Of a stretch of 60,038 nt of DNA, positions 10,191-19,490 are shown one piece after another. The position numbers and the translations under genes were made by a program. Source of the stretch: Candidatus Ghiorseimicrobium undicola (lineage in GTDB: Bacteria > Omnitrophota > Gorgyraeia > Ghiorseimicrobiales > Ghiorseimicrobiaceae); NCBI GenBank assembly GCA_002796125.1, contig PCWA01000092.1:1-60038 (forward strand). Direction: 5' to 3'. The notes beneath the pieces were generated by a model. It saw only the letters and a program-made list of their open reading frames with translations, was not told where the DNA came from and did no database searches. The first letter of the stretch is position 1. Each line of letters starts with the position of its first letter.

Positions 10191-11357
10191 ATGAAAAAAG
10201 TTGTGCTTGCTTATTCCGGCGGCTTGGATACCTCTGTCTGCGTCAAATGGCTGAAGGATCGGGGATACGAAGTTGTCTGTTTTATCGCCGACGTAGGCCA
10301 GGGGGATAATTTTTCTTTAGTCAGGAAAAGGGCGCTCAAGACCGGGGCATCGAAAGTTTACGTAAAGGATTTAAAAAAAGAGTTTATTTCAGGCTTTATA
10401 TTTCCCGCCTTATGCGCTAACGCGGTCTACGAAGGTAAATATTTTCTGGCAACGGCATTATCGCGGCCTTTAATCGGCAAATATCTGGTGGATATCGCCA
10501 AAAAAGAGGGGGCAGGATATATCGCTCATGGCTGTACCGGTAAAGGCAATGACCAGGTGCGTATTGAGGTAACCGCGGCAATTTTGGCGCCTAAGCTTAA
10601 GGTTGTCGCTCCTGTGCGGGTTTGGGAGTTTAAATCACGGGAAGAAGAGATGGATTATGCCCGGGAGAAAAAAATCCCCGTGGATATAACCAGGAGGAAA
10701 CCGTATAGTTTGGATAAAAATATATGGGGGGTAAGTATAGAATGCGGCGTCTTGGAGGATCCCTGGAAGGAGCCTCCGGATGATGCCTATCAGATGACCA
10801 AAAGCGTTGCGCGGGCAGCGAGTGCGCCGAAATATATAGAAATTTGCTTTGAGCAGGGGATTCCTTGCTATATCAACGGTAAATATGTTGAGGGCGAGGA
10901 ATTACTTAAGCGGCTAAACAAACTTGGCGGAGATTACGGCGTTGGCCGTTCCGATTTAGTGGAAAGCCGCCTTGTGGGCATAAAATCAAGGGAAGTTTAT
11001 GAGGCGCCGGCAGCAGTAATACTTTCTGAGGCGCATAGGGCGCTTGAAAATTTAGTATTGGACAGAGACCTTTTGCATTTTAAGGAGATGATCAGCTTAA
11101 AGTATTCAGAGCTGATTTATAACGGCCTCTGGTATTCACCGTTGAAGCTCGCGTTGGATAAATTTATTAGCCAGACCCAGAAAAAGGTAACCGGCACGGT
11201 GCGTCTGAAATTACACAAAGGCAATTGTTCCGTGGTCGGACGCCGCTCGGATTATTCGCTGTATAAGAAAGAGCTGGCTACATATTCAAAAGAAGATAAA
11301 TTTGACCAGAGCCTGGCGGAAGGATTTATTAAGATCTGGGCAATGCCTTTTAAATGA
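10191..11357 (+). CDS. argG: Argininosuccinate synthase
   Basis: LAYSGGLDTS, HGCTGKGNDQVR and GIKSREVYEAP. Confidence 0.98.
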   Translation: MKKVVLAYSGGLDTSVCVKWLKDRGYEVVCFIADVGQGDNFSLVRKRALKTGASKVYVKDLKKEFISGFIFPALCANAVYEGKYFLATALSRPLIGKYLVDIAKKEGAGYIAHGCTGKGNDQVRIEVTAAILAPKLKVVAPVRVWEFKSREEEMDYAREKKIPVDITRRKPYSLDKNIWGVSIECGVLEDPWKEPPDDAYQMTKSVARAASAPKYIEICFEQGIPCYINGKYVEGEELLKRLNKLGGDYGVGRSDLVESRLVGIKSREVYEAPAAVILSEAHRALENLVLDRDLLHFKEMISLKYSELIYNGLWYSPLKLALDKFISQTQKKVTGTVRLKLHKGNCSVVGRRSDYSLYKKELATYSKEDKFDQSLAEGFIKIWAMPFK

Positions 11358-11460
11358 GGACATAACTTATGTTCGCTTACGCTCCATAAGTTATCTGTCC
11401 GAATTTATTCCGCAGCGTGCGCAGGAAATTTCTTTGAAATTTCCAAGCGTTTACGCAAGG
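11355..11460. repeat. Family A copy 4 (central 13 nt inverted) plus family B copy 2
   Basis: ATAACTTATG-TTCGCTTACGCTC-CATAAGTTAT at 11362-11394; 11410-11460 matches 9987-10037 with 2 differences in the loop. Confidence 0.9.
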
Positions 11461-11514
11461 AAAGATGACGACAGTTAGAAATAGAAAAGTAAAATCAAAA
11501 TAAAAGAGGAGCTC

Positions 11515-12867
11515 ATGGCAAAGAAACTATGGGGCGGAAGGTTTAGTAAAAAGACAGACCCGTTAGTGGAAGAATTTACTAAATCTATCCAGTATGATTA
11601 TAAGTTGGCTAAATATGACTTGCTTGGCTCTATGGCGCATATAGAAATATTAAAAAAAGCCGAATATTTAACTTCTGCTGAAGCAAATAAGCTTTTAGAA
11701 GGATTGGATTCTATTTATGATGCCGTTGAAGAGAAGAAGTTTAAATTTGACAAAAAATGCGAGGATATACATACTGCTATCCAGAATTCATTACAAAAAA
11801 AAGTTGGTGATCTGGCTTTAAAATTGCATACCGCAAGGTCAAGGAATGATCAAGTAGTGTTTGCCACAAAGATGTATTCTAAGATGGAATTAGCCAAATT
11901 AAATATTGTTATTGCAGAATTAGGCAATGTTTTGATAAAACTTGGAAAAAATAATAGCGAGGTTGTTATTCCCGGATTCACCCATATGCAGCATGCCCAG
12001 CCGGTTTACCTATCGGATTATCTTCATGCCTACTGTGAAATGCTGGATAGGGATATTAAACGGTTGGGTCGCATTGAAAATGATATAAAAATATGTATGG
12101 GTGCCGGCGCTCTTGCCGGAACTCCTATTAATGCCGAAGAATATAAAATAAAAGCCGAAGAATTTATAAAAGAATCAAAAATTGGCGAAGCTTTTAATGT
12201 GCAAGCGGTCTCTAATTCTCTGGATGCGGTCAGCGACCGGGATTTTGTGATTGAGATAATCAGCGCTTTATCAATTTTGAGCATGCATTTATCGCGGCTG
12301 GCGGAGGATTTGATTATCTGGTCAACCAAAGAATTTGATTTTGTGGAGATTGATGAGGCATTTTGCACGGGAAGTTCGCTTATGCCGCAGAAAAAAAATG
12401 CTGATGTTTTGGAATTAGTGAGGGGTTATGCCGGACGGCTTTACGGTAATTTAGTCAGTGTTCTGACAATGATGAAGGGCCTGCCGCTAACCTACAACAG
12501 AGATATGCAGCTGGATAAGGAACCGTTGTTTAATTCTTTTGAGATAGTATCGAGCGAACTAAGGGTTTTAGCCGGTTTGGTTAAAACGTTAAAATTTAAT
12601 AAAGAAAAAATTGCCGAACACCTAAAAGACGAGTCGTTATATGCCACGGACTTAGTGTATTATTTGGTAGATAGAGGTATTGCTTTTAAAAACGCGCATA
12701 CGGCTATCGGAAAATTAATTAAATATTCTCTGGATAATGATATTTTAATAAAAGATATGCCGGAGAGCCTGTTAAAAAAATTCAGTAATAAGATTATTAA
12801 AAAGGAATTCGTTAAATTATTTGATCCCTTAGTCTCAGTCAAGTCAAAAAAGTCTATTAAAAGGTGA
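11515..12867 (+). CDS. argH: Argininosuccinate lyase
   Basis: LWGGRF, HTARSRNDQV, GSSLMPQKKN and YNRDMQLDK. Confidence 0.98.
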   Translation: MAKKLWGGRFSKKTDPLVEEFTKSIQYDYKLAKYDLLGSMAHIEILKKAEYLTSAEANKLLEGLDSIYDAVEEKKFKFDKKCEDIHTAIQNSLQKKVGDLALKLHTARSRNDQVVFATKMYSKMELAKLNIVIAELGNVLIKLGKNNSEVVIPGFTHMQHAQPVYLSDYLHAYCEMLDRDIKRLGRIENDIKICMGAGALAGTPINAEEYKIKAEEFIKESKIGEAFNVQAVSNSLDAVSDRDFVIEIISALSILSMHLSRLAEDLIIWSTKEFDFVEIDEAFCTGSSLMPQKKNADVLELVRGYAGRLYGNLVSVLTMMKGLPLTYNRDMQLDKEPLFNSFEIVSSELRVLAGLVKTLKFNKEKIAEHLKDESLYATDLVYYLVDRGIAFKNAHTAIGKLIKYSLDNDILIKDMPESLLKKFSNKIIKKEFVKLFDPLVSVKSKKSIKR

Positions 12868-12882
12868 TTCAAAGCAGGGCTT

Positions 12883-13112
12883 ATGAAATATGACCATGTA
12901 TTCCAGCTGCTTTCTTATATATCAAAAAAGAAAAACATAACTTTTATATTGATTGGGGGATTTGCGGTTAATTATTACAAGTACGCCCGGATATTATTAA
13001 CTTAGCAAAGATTAACAGTTTTGATATAAAGGGTGATAAATTTCATGAATTGTGTTCAAAATTCGCCACCGAAGAGATTTATCAGAAAATTTTAAAGACT
13101 ATTAATGGATAA
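12883..13112 (+). pseudogene. Internally deleted, frameshifted nucleotidyltransferase-like gene
   Basis: N-terminal MKYDHVF...ILIGGFAVNYYK joined out of frame to a C-terminal-like segment PDIINLAKINSFDI...LCSKFATEEIYQKIL; the DxD-bearing middle is missing. Confidence 0.55.
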
Positions 13113-13278
13113 TCTTAATCTGCCGATAATTAAATTACCCATTTTTAAAACTAAGCCATTATCAATGGATGAGTACCTGCGATTTATTGCCTTTAATTTA
13201 AAATATACGGCGGATATAAAGACAGGGCGGCGTTTGAAAAGGGAAACTTTTGTGAATGCGCCGTTTGTATTAAGGTAA
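13105..13278 (+). CDS. 57-aa hypothetical protein, possible partner of the NTase remnant (not in the ORF track)
   Basis: ATG 13105 to TAA 13278: MDNLNLPIIKLPIFKTKPLSMDEYLRFIAFNL...VNAPFVLR; overlaps the upstream stop and ends 7 nt before lysA. Confidence 0.55.
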   Translation: MDNLNLPIIKLPIFKTKPLSMDEYLRFIAFNLKYTADIKTGRRLKRETFVNAPFVLR

Positions 13279-13285
13279 AAATATT

Positions 13286-14557
13286 ATGCACGAGTTTAAA
13301 TATAAAAATAACCATCTTTACTGCGAGAACATAAAAATAGAGGATTTGGCAAAGAAATTCGGCACACCGCTTTATGTCTATAGCTACCATACTTTAATTG
13401 ACCATTTTTTCAAATTAAAGAATGCTTTTAAACCGGTTGATCCGCTTATTTGCTATTCGGTTAAGGCGAATTCGAACCTTGCGATATTAAAAGCATTGGT
13501 AGATAAGGGCGCCGGACTAGATATCGTATCAGGCGGGGAGCTTTACCGTGCGAAGGCCTCCGGCGTTGATGCGAAAAAAATAGTTTACGCCTCTGTCGGG
13601 AAGACAGAGGAGGAAATAGAAAAAGCCATACGGCACGGTATTTTATTCTTTAACGTTGAGTCTATCCCGGAGCTTGAGCTGATAAATAAAGTCGCCTGCC
13701 GGCTGGGGGCAAAGACAAATGTAGCCATACGCATTAATCCGGATGTTGAGCCGAAAACTCATAAGTATATTACTACAGGAAAACTTACCAATAAATTCGG
13801 CATTGATTTTGAAACCGCGCGGATTATATTTCTCTCAAATAATGAATTGCCGCATCTTGACATATGCGGTATACACATGCATATCGGCTCGCAAATAACT
13901 GACAGTGCTCCTTATATCGCCGCGCTTAAAAAGATTGTTAAGTTTATCGGCGAATTAAAAAAGAGGGGCATAAATTTAAAATATTTAAATATCGGCGGAG
14001 GGCTGGGGATAATTTACAATAAAGAAACGCCGCAGACGGCCAAGGAATTTAGCCGTAAAATTATACCGGTTTTAAAGAGTACGGGACTTAAAATTATCAT
14101 GGAGCCGGGAAGGTTCATCGCTGGAAATTCCGGCGTATTGATTACTAAAGTATTGTATATGAAAAAGACGCCGCTTAAAAATTTTATCATAGTGGATGGC
14201 GCGATGAATGACCTTGTGCGGCCCAGCCTCTATGGCGCCTATCACGAGATACTGCCGCTCTATAATCCTGCCGGCAGCAAGCGCATTAACATTAAGTATG
14301 ATGTAGTCGGGCCTATTTGCGAGTCGGGAGATTTTCTGGCAAAAGACAGGGCGGTGTCGAAAATATCGGCAGGAGAATACCTGGCAGTTATGTCATGCGG
14401 CGCGTATGGATTCACTATGAGCAGTAATTATAATTCAAGGCCGCGGGCATGCGAGGCGCTGGTTATAAAAAATAAGGCATTTATGATCCGTAAAAGGGAA
14501 AGCGATAAGGACTTGATTCGCAACGAACATGTGCCAAATTTCCTTTTAGGTTTCTAG
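13286..14557 (+). CDS. lysA: Diaminopimelate decarboxylase
   Basis: YSVKANSN, HMHIGSQ, EPGRF, GPICESGD and GAYGFTMSSNYNSRPR. Confidence 0.97.
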   Translation: MHEFKYKNNHLYCENIKIEDLAKKFGTPLYVYSYHTLIDHFFKLKNAFKPVDPLICYSVKANSNLAILKALVDKGAGLDIVSGGELYRAKASGVDAKKIVYASVGKTEEEIEKAIRHGILFFNVESIPELELINKVACRLGAKTNVAIRINPDVEPKTHKYITTGKLTNKFGIDFETARIIFLSNNELPHLDICGIHMHIGSQITDSAPYIAALKKIVKFIGELKKRGINLKYLNIGGGLGIIYNKETPQTAKEFSRKIIPVLKSTGLKIIMEPGRFIAGNSGVLITKVLYMKKTPLKNFIIVDGAMNDLVRPSLYGAYHEILPLYNPAGSKRINIKYDVVGPICESGDFLAKDRAVSKISAGEYLAVMSCGAYGFTMSSNYNSRPRACEALVIKNKAFMIRKRESDKDLIRNEHVPNFLLGF

Positions 14558-14559
14558 AG

Positions 14560-15381
14560 ATGAAGAAAATGAGCTTCACAAAGATGGTCGCCAGCGGTAA
14601 TGATTTTTTAATTATAGACCAAAGGCCAAAGGCCAAAGACCAAAGGTTATTTATCTTAGCCAAAAAGATGTGCGACAGGAAATACGGCGCCGGGGCTGAC
14701 GGCCTGCTTATTTTGGAAAAGTCTAAAAAAGCCGATGTTAAAATGCGTATATTTAATGCCGACGGCTCGGAGGCGGAGATGTGCGGCAATGGAGCGCGTT
14801 GCGCGGCGCTCTATAGAGTCATAGAGCCGAAGAGCCAAAGAGTTAAAGCTAAAATTAAGATAGAGACGAAAGCAGGGATTATCGAGGCAGAGATAGGCGG
14901 TGATAGAGTAAGAATTAAGCTGACTGACCCGAAAAACATAAAATTAGGTATTCCGCTTAAGGTTAAAAACCGTCAGGTAAAAGTTAATTTTATCAATACG
15001 GGTGTGCCGCATGCGGTTATTTTTGTCGAGGGCGTGGATAAAATTGCGGTAGAAGATATCGGCAGAGAAATACGCCATCATAAGAAGTTTATGCCCGCGG
15101 GTACAAATGTGAATTTTGTGGAAATACTAAATGATGATTCCATCAAAGTGCGTACCTATGAAAGGGGCGTAGAAGATGAGACGCTTGCCTGCGGAACAGG
15201 CAGTGTCGCCTCTGCCCTATTGTACGCCTTGCGTTATACGCCGAAAGCCGGCAGGATAAATGTATTTACCCGAAGCGGAGAAAAGCTAAAAGTTTATTTT
15301 GATTTCTCCGGCGGGGCGGCCACAAATGTCTGGCTTGAGGGCAGTGCTAAAAAAGTCTATGGAGGTATCTATTATGCTTAA
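14560..15381 (+). CDS. dapF: Diaminopimelate epimerase
   Basis: GNDF, MCGNGARC, GVPHAV and ERGVEDETLACGTG. Confidence 0.97.
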   Translation: MKKMSFTKMVASGNDFLIIDQRPKAKDQRLFILAKKMCDRKYGAGADGLLILEKSKKADVKMRIFNADGSEAEMCGNGARCAALYRVIEPKSQRVKAKIKIETKAGIIEAEIGGDRVRIKLTDPKNIKLGIPLKVKNRQVKVNFINTGVPHAVIFVEGVDKIAVEDIGREIRHHKKFMPAGTNVNFVEILNDDSIKVRTYERGVEDETLACGTGSVASALLYALRYTPKAGRINVFTRSGEKLKVYFDFSGGAATNVWLEGSAKKVYGGIYYA

Positions 15382-16261
15382 AGGCTCGATTGTCGCGCTG
15401 GTGACGCCTTTTACCGACGGCGCCAAGAAAATAGATGAGGAATGCCTAAAAGAGCTTGTTGATTTCCATATTAAGGGCGGCACAGACGCTATCTTGACCT
15501 CCGGCACGACAGGAGAATCGGCAACCCTTGATTATGCCGAGCATGAACGCGTGACTGAAATCTGCGTACGCCACGCAAATGGAAGAATTCCGGTTATTGC
15601 CGGCACCGGCTCTAATTCTACGAGCGAGGCAATAATGCTTACTCAGCATGCCAAAAAAGCGGGAGCGGCGGCGGCGCTTCTTGTTTCTCCTTACTATAAC
15701 AAGCCAACGCAAAAAGGCCTCTACCTGCATTTTAAGGCAATCGCCGATTCCGTAGGGGATTTCCCCATAATACTTTATAATATCGCATCGCGTACCGGAA
15801 TAAATATTGAGCCGGAGACGACGTCAAAGCTGGCAGAGAATTGCAAGAATATAGTGGCGGTTAAGGAGGCCTCCGGCAACTTGGATCAGATGTCGCGTAC
15901 AATAGGCATCTGTCCTAAGGATTTTATTTTGCTCTCAGGAGATGATTCGCTCACTTTGCCTATTCTCAGCATAGGTGGAACAGGTGTTATTTCGGTTGTC
16001 GCAAATATTATTCCCAAGGAAGTGAAGGCGATGATTTCCGCATTTGAGAAAAATGATATAAAAAAGGCGCAAGCCCTGCACCAAAAAATGCTACCTTTGA
16101 TTAAGGCGATGTTTATAGAAACTAACCCTATACCTGTTAAGACCGCAATGGGTTTGATGAAAATGTGTTCGCCTGATTTAAGGCTTCCTATGTGTGAAAT
16201 GGGCGCGGAAAATCTAAAAAAACTAAAAAGAGTCCTGAAAGATTACAGGTTGATAAAATGA
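15374..16261 (+). CDS. dapA: 4-hydroxy-tetrahydrodipicolinate synthase
   Basis: GTTGESATL, PYYNKP, KEASG and ETNPIPVK; start moved to ATG 15374 after GGAGG. Confidence 0.97.
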   Translation: MLKGSIVALVTPFTDGAKKIDEECLKELVDFHIKGGTDAILTSGTTGESATLDYAEHERVTEICVRHANGRIPVIAGTGSNSTSEAIMLTQHAKKAGAAAALLVSPYYNKPTQKGLYLHFKAIADSVGDFPIILYNIASRTGINIEPETTSKLAENCKNIVAVKEASGNLDQMSRTIGICPKDFILLSGDDSLTLPILSIGGTGVISVVANIIPKEVKAMISAFEKNDIKKAQALHQKMLPLIKAMFIETNPIPVKTAMGLMKMCSPDLRLPMCEMGAENLKKLKRVLKDYRLIK

Positions 16262-16974
16262 TTAAACTTGCGGTAAGTGGCGCCTGCGGAAAGATGGGCA
16301 AGAGGATAATTGCTCTTGCCCAGCAGGATAGTGATTTTAAATTAGTTTGCGCTTTGGAGCATAGCGCGCATCTAGAGCTTGGAACTTCTATCTGCGCGGG
16401 TATCAATGTCGCCGCAGATAACGAGGAAATTAAGAATTGCGATGTCTTGATAGAGTTTTCATCGCCCCAGGCGACAATTTCCCATCTGGAGCAGGCGATA
16501 AAATTTGGTAAAAAGGTGGTTATCGGTACAACCGGGCTATTAGACGAGGAGAAGATAAAGATAGAAAAAGCGGCTGAGAAAATAGCCGTTGTTTTTTCTC
16601 CCAATATGTCCATAGGGGTTAATCTATTTTTTGATATTATTAAGCGGCTGTCTTCAAAAATTTCAGGGAATTACGATATAAAAATTACAGAAGCGCACCA
16701 CGTCCATAAAAAAGACGCTCCTTCGGGTACTGCTAAAAGAATTTCCGAAATAATAGAAAATAGCGGTAAAAAGGTATCTGATGTAAAATCAATACGCGAG
16801 GATGAAATTATCGGAGATCATTGCGTTATTTTCTCATCAAGCGTTGACACGATAACACTTACGCACAGCGCCAAGACAAGGGATATCTTCGCCGCAGGCG
16901 CCTTGGTGGCGGCTAAGTGGGTTATTGATAAGAGAAACGGGTTTTACGCTATGGATGATGTATTGGGTTTGTAA
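16258..16974 (+). CDS. dapB: 4-hydroxy-tetrahydrodipicolinate reductase
   Basis: GACGKMG, GTTG and EAHHVHKKDAPSGTA. Confidence 0.97.
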   Translation: MIKLAVSGACGKMGKRIIALAQQDSDFKLVCALEHSAHLELGTSICAGINVAADNEEIKNCDVLIEFSSPQATISHLEQAIKFGKKVVIGTTGLLDEEKIKIEKAAEKIAVVFSPNMSIGVNLFFDIIKRLSSKISGNYDIKITEAHHVHKKDAPSGTAKRISEIIENSGKKVSDVKSIREDEIIGDHCVIFSSSVDTITLTHSAKTRDIFAAGALVAAKWVIDKRNGFYAMDDVLGL

Positions 16975-16991
16975 TAAGGAGGGTTAAGTTA

Positions 16992-18158
16992 GTGAAGGTA
17001 GAATTCTCACAAAGATTAAATAAGCTTCCGCCGTATTTATTCGCTGAAATAGATAAAGCAAAACGAAAAGCGCGCGCCGAAGGCGCTGATATAATTGATT
17101 TAGGTATCGGTGACCCCGATCAGCCTACGCCGAATCACATAATCGAAAAATTAAATGAAGCCTCTCATGACCCGGCAAATCACCGCTATGCGCTGGATCA
17201 GGGGATGGATATTTTAAGGGCAGCGGTAAAGAAATGGTATGAGGCAAGATTCGGAGTTTCCCTTAATCATAGCGATGAAATTCTTCCCTTGATCGGCTCT
17301 AAAGAAGGCATTGCCCATATCCCGCTGGCATTTATAAATAAGGGGGATTATTCTCTTGTGCCTGAGCCTTGTTATCCGCCTTATAAAGGGGGGACGATAC
17401 TGGCCGGAGGGACGCCTTTTATTATGCCGCTATTGGAAGAAAATAATTTTCTGCCCCGCCTGGACAAAATACCAAATCGCGTATTGAAAAAAGCGAAGTT
17501 TTTATTTTTAAACTATCCAAATAACCCTACTTCGGCCTGCGCGGAGCTGTCTTTTTATAACGAAGTGGTGAAATTTGCAAAAAAACACGCCATCATTGTA
17601 TTGCATGATGCCGCCTATTCCGAGATAAATTTCGACGGATATAAGCCTCCGAGTTTTCTTCAGGCAAAAGGCGCCTGCGATGTCGGTATAGAATTCCATT
17701 CGCTATCAAAAACCTATAATATGACCGGCTGGCGCATTGGCTGGGCGTGCGGAAATAAAAAGATAATTGCCGGCCTTGCGAAAGTTAAGGCGAATACTGA
17801 TTCAGGAATATTTTCAGCGATACAGCTGGCAGGAGTCGAAGCGCTTAACGGCCCGCAGGAATACATTGCGGCCATGTGCAGGCTGTATCAGCAGAGGCGG
17901 GACGCGCTGGTGGAAGGTTTAAACCGGATCGGCTGGCAGGCAGCGAAGCCAAAGGCAACTTTTTATGTTTGGGTAAAATTGCCAAAAAGTCATAAGGCAT
18001 CTATAAAGTTTGCTAAGTTTTTACTTGATGAGGCCTCGATTGTAGTAACTCCGGGATGCGGCTTCGGCCAATCAGGGGAGGGATATGTAAGAATGGCCCT
18101 TACTGCTTCGGAAGACAGGATTAAAGAAGCGATAGAGAGATTAAAAAAGGTTCTTTAA
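16992..18158 (+). CDS. dapL: LL-diaminopimelate aminotransferase (class I PLP enzyme)
   Basis: LPPYLFAEID, GSKEG, NYPNNPT and SLSKTYNMTGWRIG; lies in the dap cluster. Confidence 0.88.
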   Translation: MKVEFSQRLNKLPPYLFAEIDKAKRKARAEGADIIDLGIGDPDQPTPNHIIEKLNEASHDPANHRYALDQGMDILRAAVKKWYEARFGVSLNHSDEILPLIGSKEGIAHIPLAFINKGDYSLVPEPCYPPYKGGTILAGGTPFIMPLLEENNFLPRLDKIPNRVLKKAKFLFLNYPNNPTSACAELSFYNEVVKFAKKHAIIVLHDAAYSEINFDGYKPPSFLQAKGACDVGIEFHSLSKTYNMTGWRIGWACGNKKIIAGLAKVKANTDSGIFSAIQLAGVEALNGPQEYIAAMCRLYQQRRDALVEGLNRIGWQAAKPKATFYVWVKLPKSHKASIKFAKFLLDEASIVVTPGCGFGQSGEGYVRMALTASEDRIKEAIERLKKVL

Positions 18159-18159
18159 G

Positions 18160-18201
18160 TGAGGACATAGCTTATGGAGCCATTTACTGAAGATAAGTTA
18201 T
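18160..18201. repeat. Family A copy 5 (degenerate)
   Basis: TGAGGACATAGCTTATGGAGC...GATAAGTTAT directly after the dapL stop. Confidence 0.65.
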
Positions 18202-18208
18202 TAGCTGG

Positions 18209-19474
18209 TTGAATATGGTAACCTGTTTTTTAGGACTAGGCTCAAATCTGGGTAACAGGCGGAAAAATATTAATGAGGCGCTGTTTCGCCTTGGCAAAAC
18301 AAAAGGAATAAAAATAGAAAAAATATCCGATTTTTATCTTACCGCGCCATATGGCTTTAAAAGGCAGAGAGATTTTCTAAATGCCGCGGCGCGTATTTCA
18401 ACTGATTTTACCCCCCATAAACTCCTGCGTAAATTAAAAAACATAGAGATATCTTTAGGCAGGCGTAAAACATTTCGTAACGGCCCCCGCCTGATTGATT
18501 TGGATATTTTGTTATTTAATGGAGAGAAAATAAGTAGAAAAGATTTGATTATACCTCATCCTGAAATGTATAAAAGAGATTTTGTGTTAAAGCCGCTGCG
18601 TGATGTGGCGCCTGAGATGTTCAATGTAAAGATTGTTAAATCTATAGGCGAAATGCGCGTTTTTGTTAAGCAGGCGCGTTCAGAAGGCAAAACCATCGGT
18701 TTTGTACCAACTATGGGATATCTGCATGAGGGGCATTTATCTTTAGTCAGGCAGGCAAAGAAGGAAACAGATAAGGTGGTGGTAAGTATTTTCGTAAATC
18801 CCGCGCAATTTGGCCCAAAAGAAGATTTCTCCCGGTATCCGCGGAATTTTAAAAAAGATAAAAATATGCTTTCTGCCATTGGTACAGACGTTATTTTTTA
18901 TCCCGGGATAAAACAGATGTATTCCAAAGAATATTTGACTTATGTCAACGTAGATAAGATAAGTTCCGGTTTATGCGGGCTATCGCGCCCGGGGCACTTT
19001 AGGGGGGTTGCGACTATAGTCGCCAAATTATTTAATATCATAAGCCCGGATATCGCATATTTCGGCCAAAAAGATTTTCAACAGGCTAGGATTATAGAAA
19101 AGATGGCGCAGGATTTAAATATGCCGGTTAAAGTTAGGCTTATGCCTACCGTGCGCCATGAAGACGGCCTGGCGATGAGTTCGCGTAATAGCTATCTGAA
19201 TAATAAAGAAAGAAAACAAGCGCGTGTTCTTTATTACAGCTTAATGGATGCAAAGGCTTTGATTGAGAAGGGAGAACGCAATAGCAGCCGGATTAAACAG
19301 GCGATTATAAACAAGATAAAAAAAGTTAAACCGGCGCGTATTGATTATGTTGATATAGTGGATAGCAGGAGCCTTGTTAAGGTAGGCAGGATATCCGGCG
19401 AGGTTCTAATTGCTTTAGCTGTTTGGTTCGGTAAGACGAGGCTGATTGATAATATATTAGTAACTAGTAACTAG
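18209..19474 (+). CDS. folK-panC: Fused FolK (HPPK) - PanC (pantoate-beta-alanine ligase)
   Basis: N-terminal LGLGSNLG, FLNAA, GPRLIDLDIL, PHP; C-terminal VPTMGYLHEGH, RPGHFRGV, FGQKD, MSSRN, RLIDN; one continuous frame (start may be ATG 18215). Confidence 0.92.
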   Translation: MNMVTCFLGLGSNLGNRRKNINEALFRLGKTKGIKIEKISDFYLTAPYGFKRQRDFLNAAARISTDFTPHKLLRKLKNIEISLGRRKTFRNGPRLIDLDILLFNGEKISRKDLIIPHPEMYKRDFVLKPLRDVAPEMFNVKIVKSIGEMRVFVKQARSEGKTIGFVPTMGYLHEGHLSLVRQAKKETDKVVVSIFVNPAQFGPKEDFSRYPRNFKKDKNMLSAIGTDVIFYPGIKQMYSKEYLTYVNVDKISSGLCGLSRPGHFRGVATIVAKLFNIISPDIAYFGQKDFQQARIIEKMAQDLNMPVKVRLMPTVRHEDGLAMSSRNSYLNNKERKQARVLYYSLMDAKALIEKGERNSSRIKQAIINKIKKVKPARIDYVDIVDSRSLVKVGRISGEVLIALAVWFGKTRLIDNILVTSN

Positions 19475-19490
19475 TAATTTTTGGTTAAAT

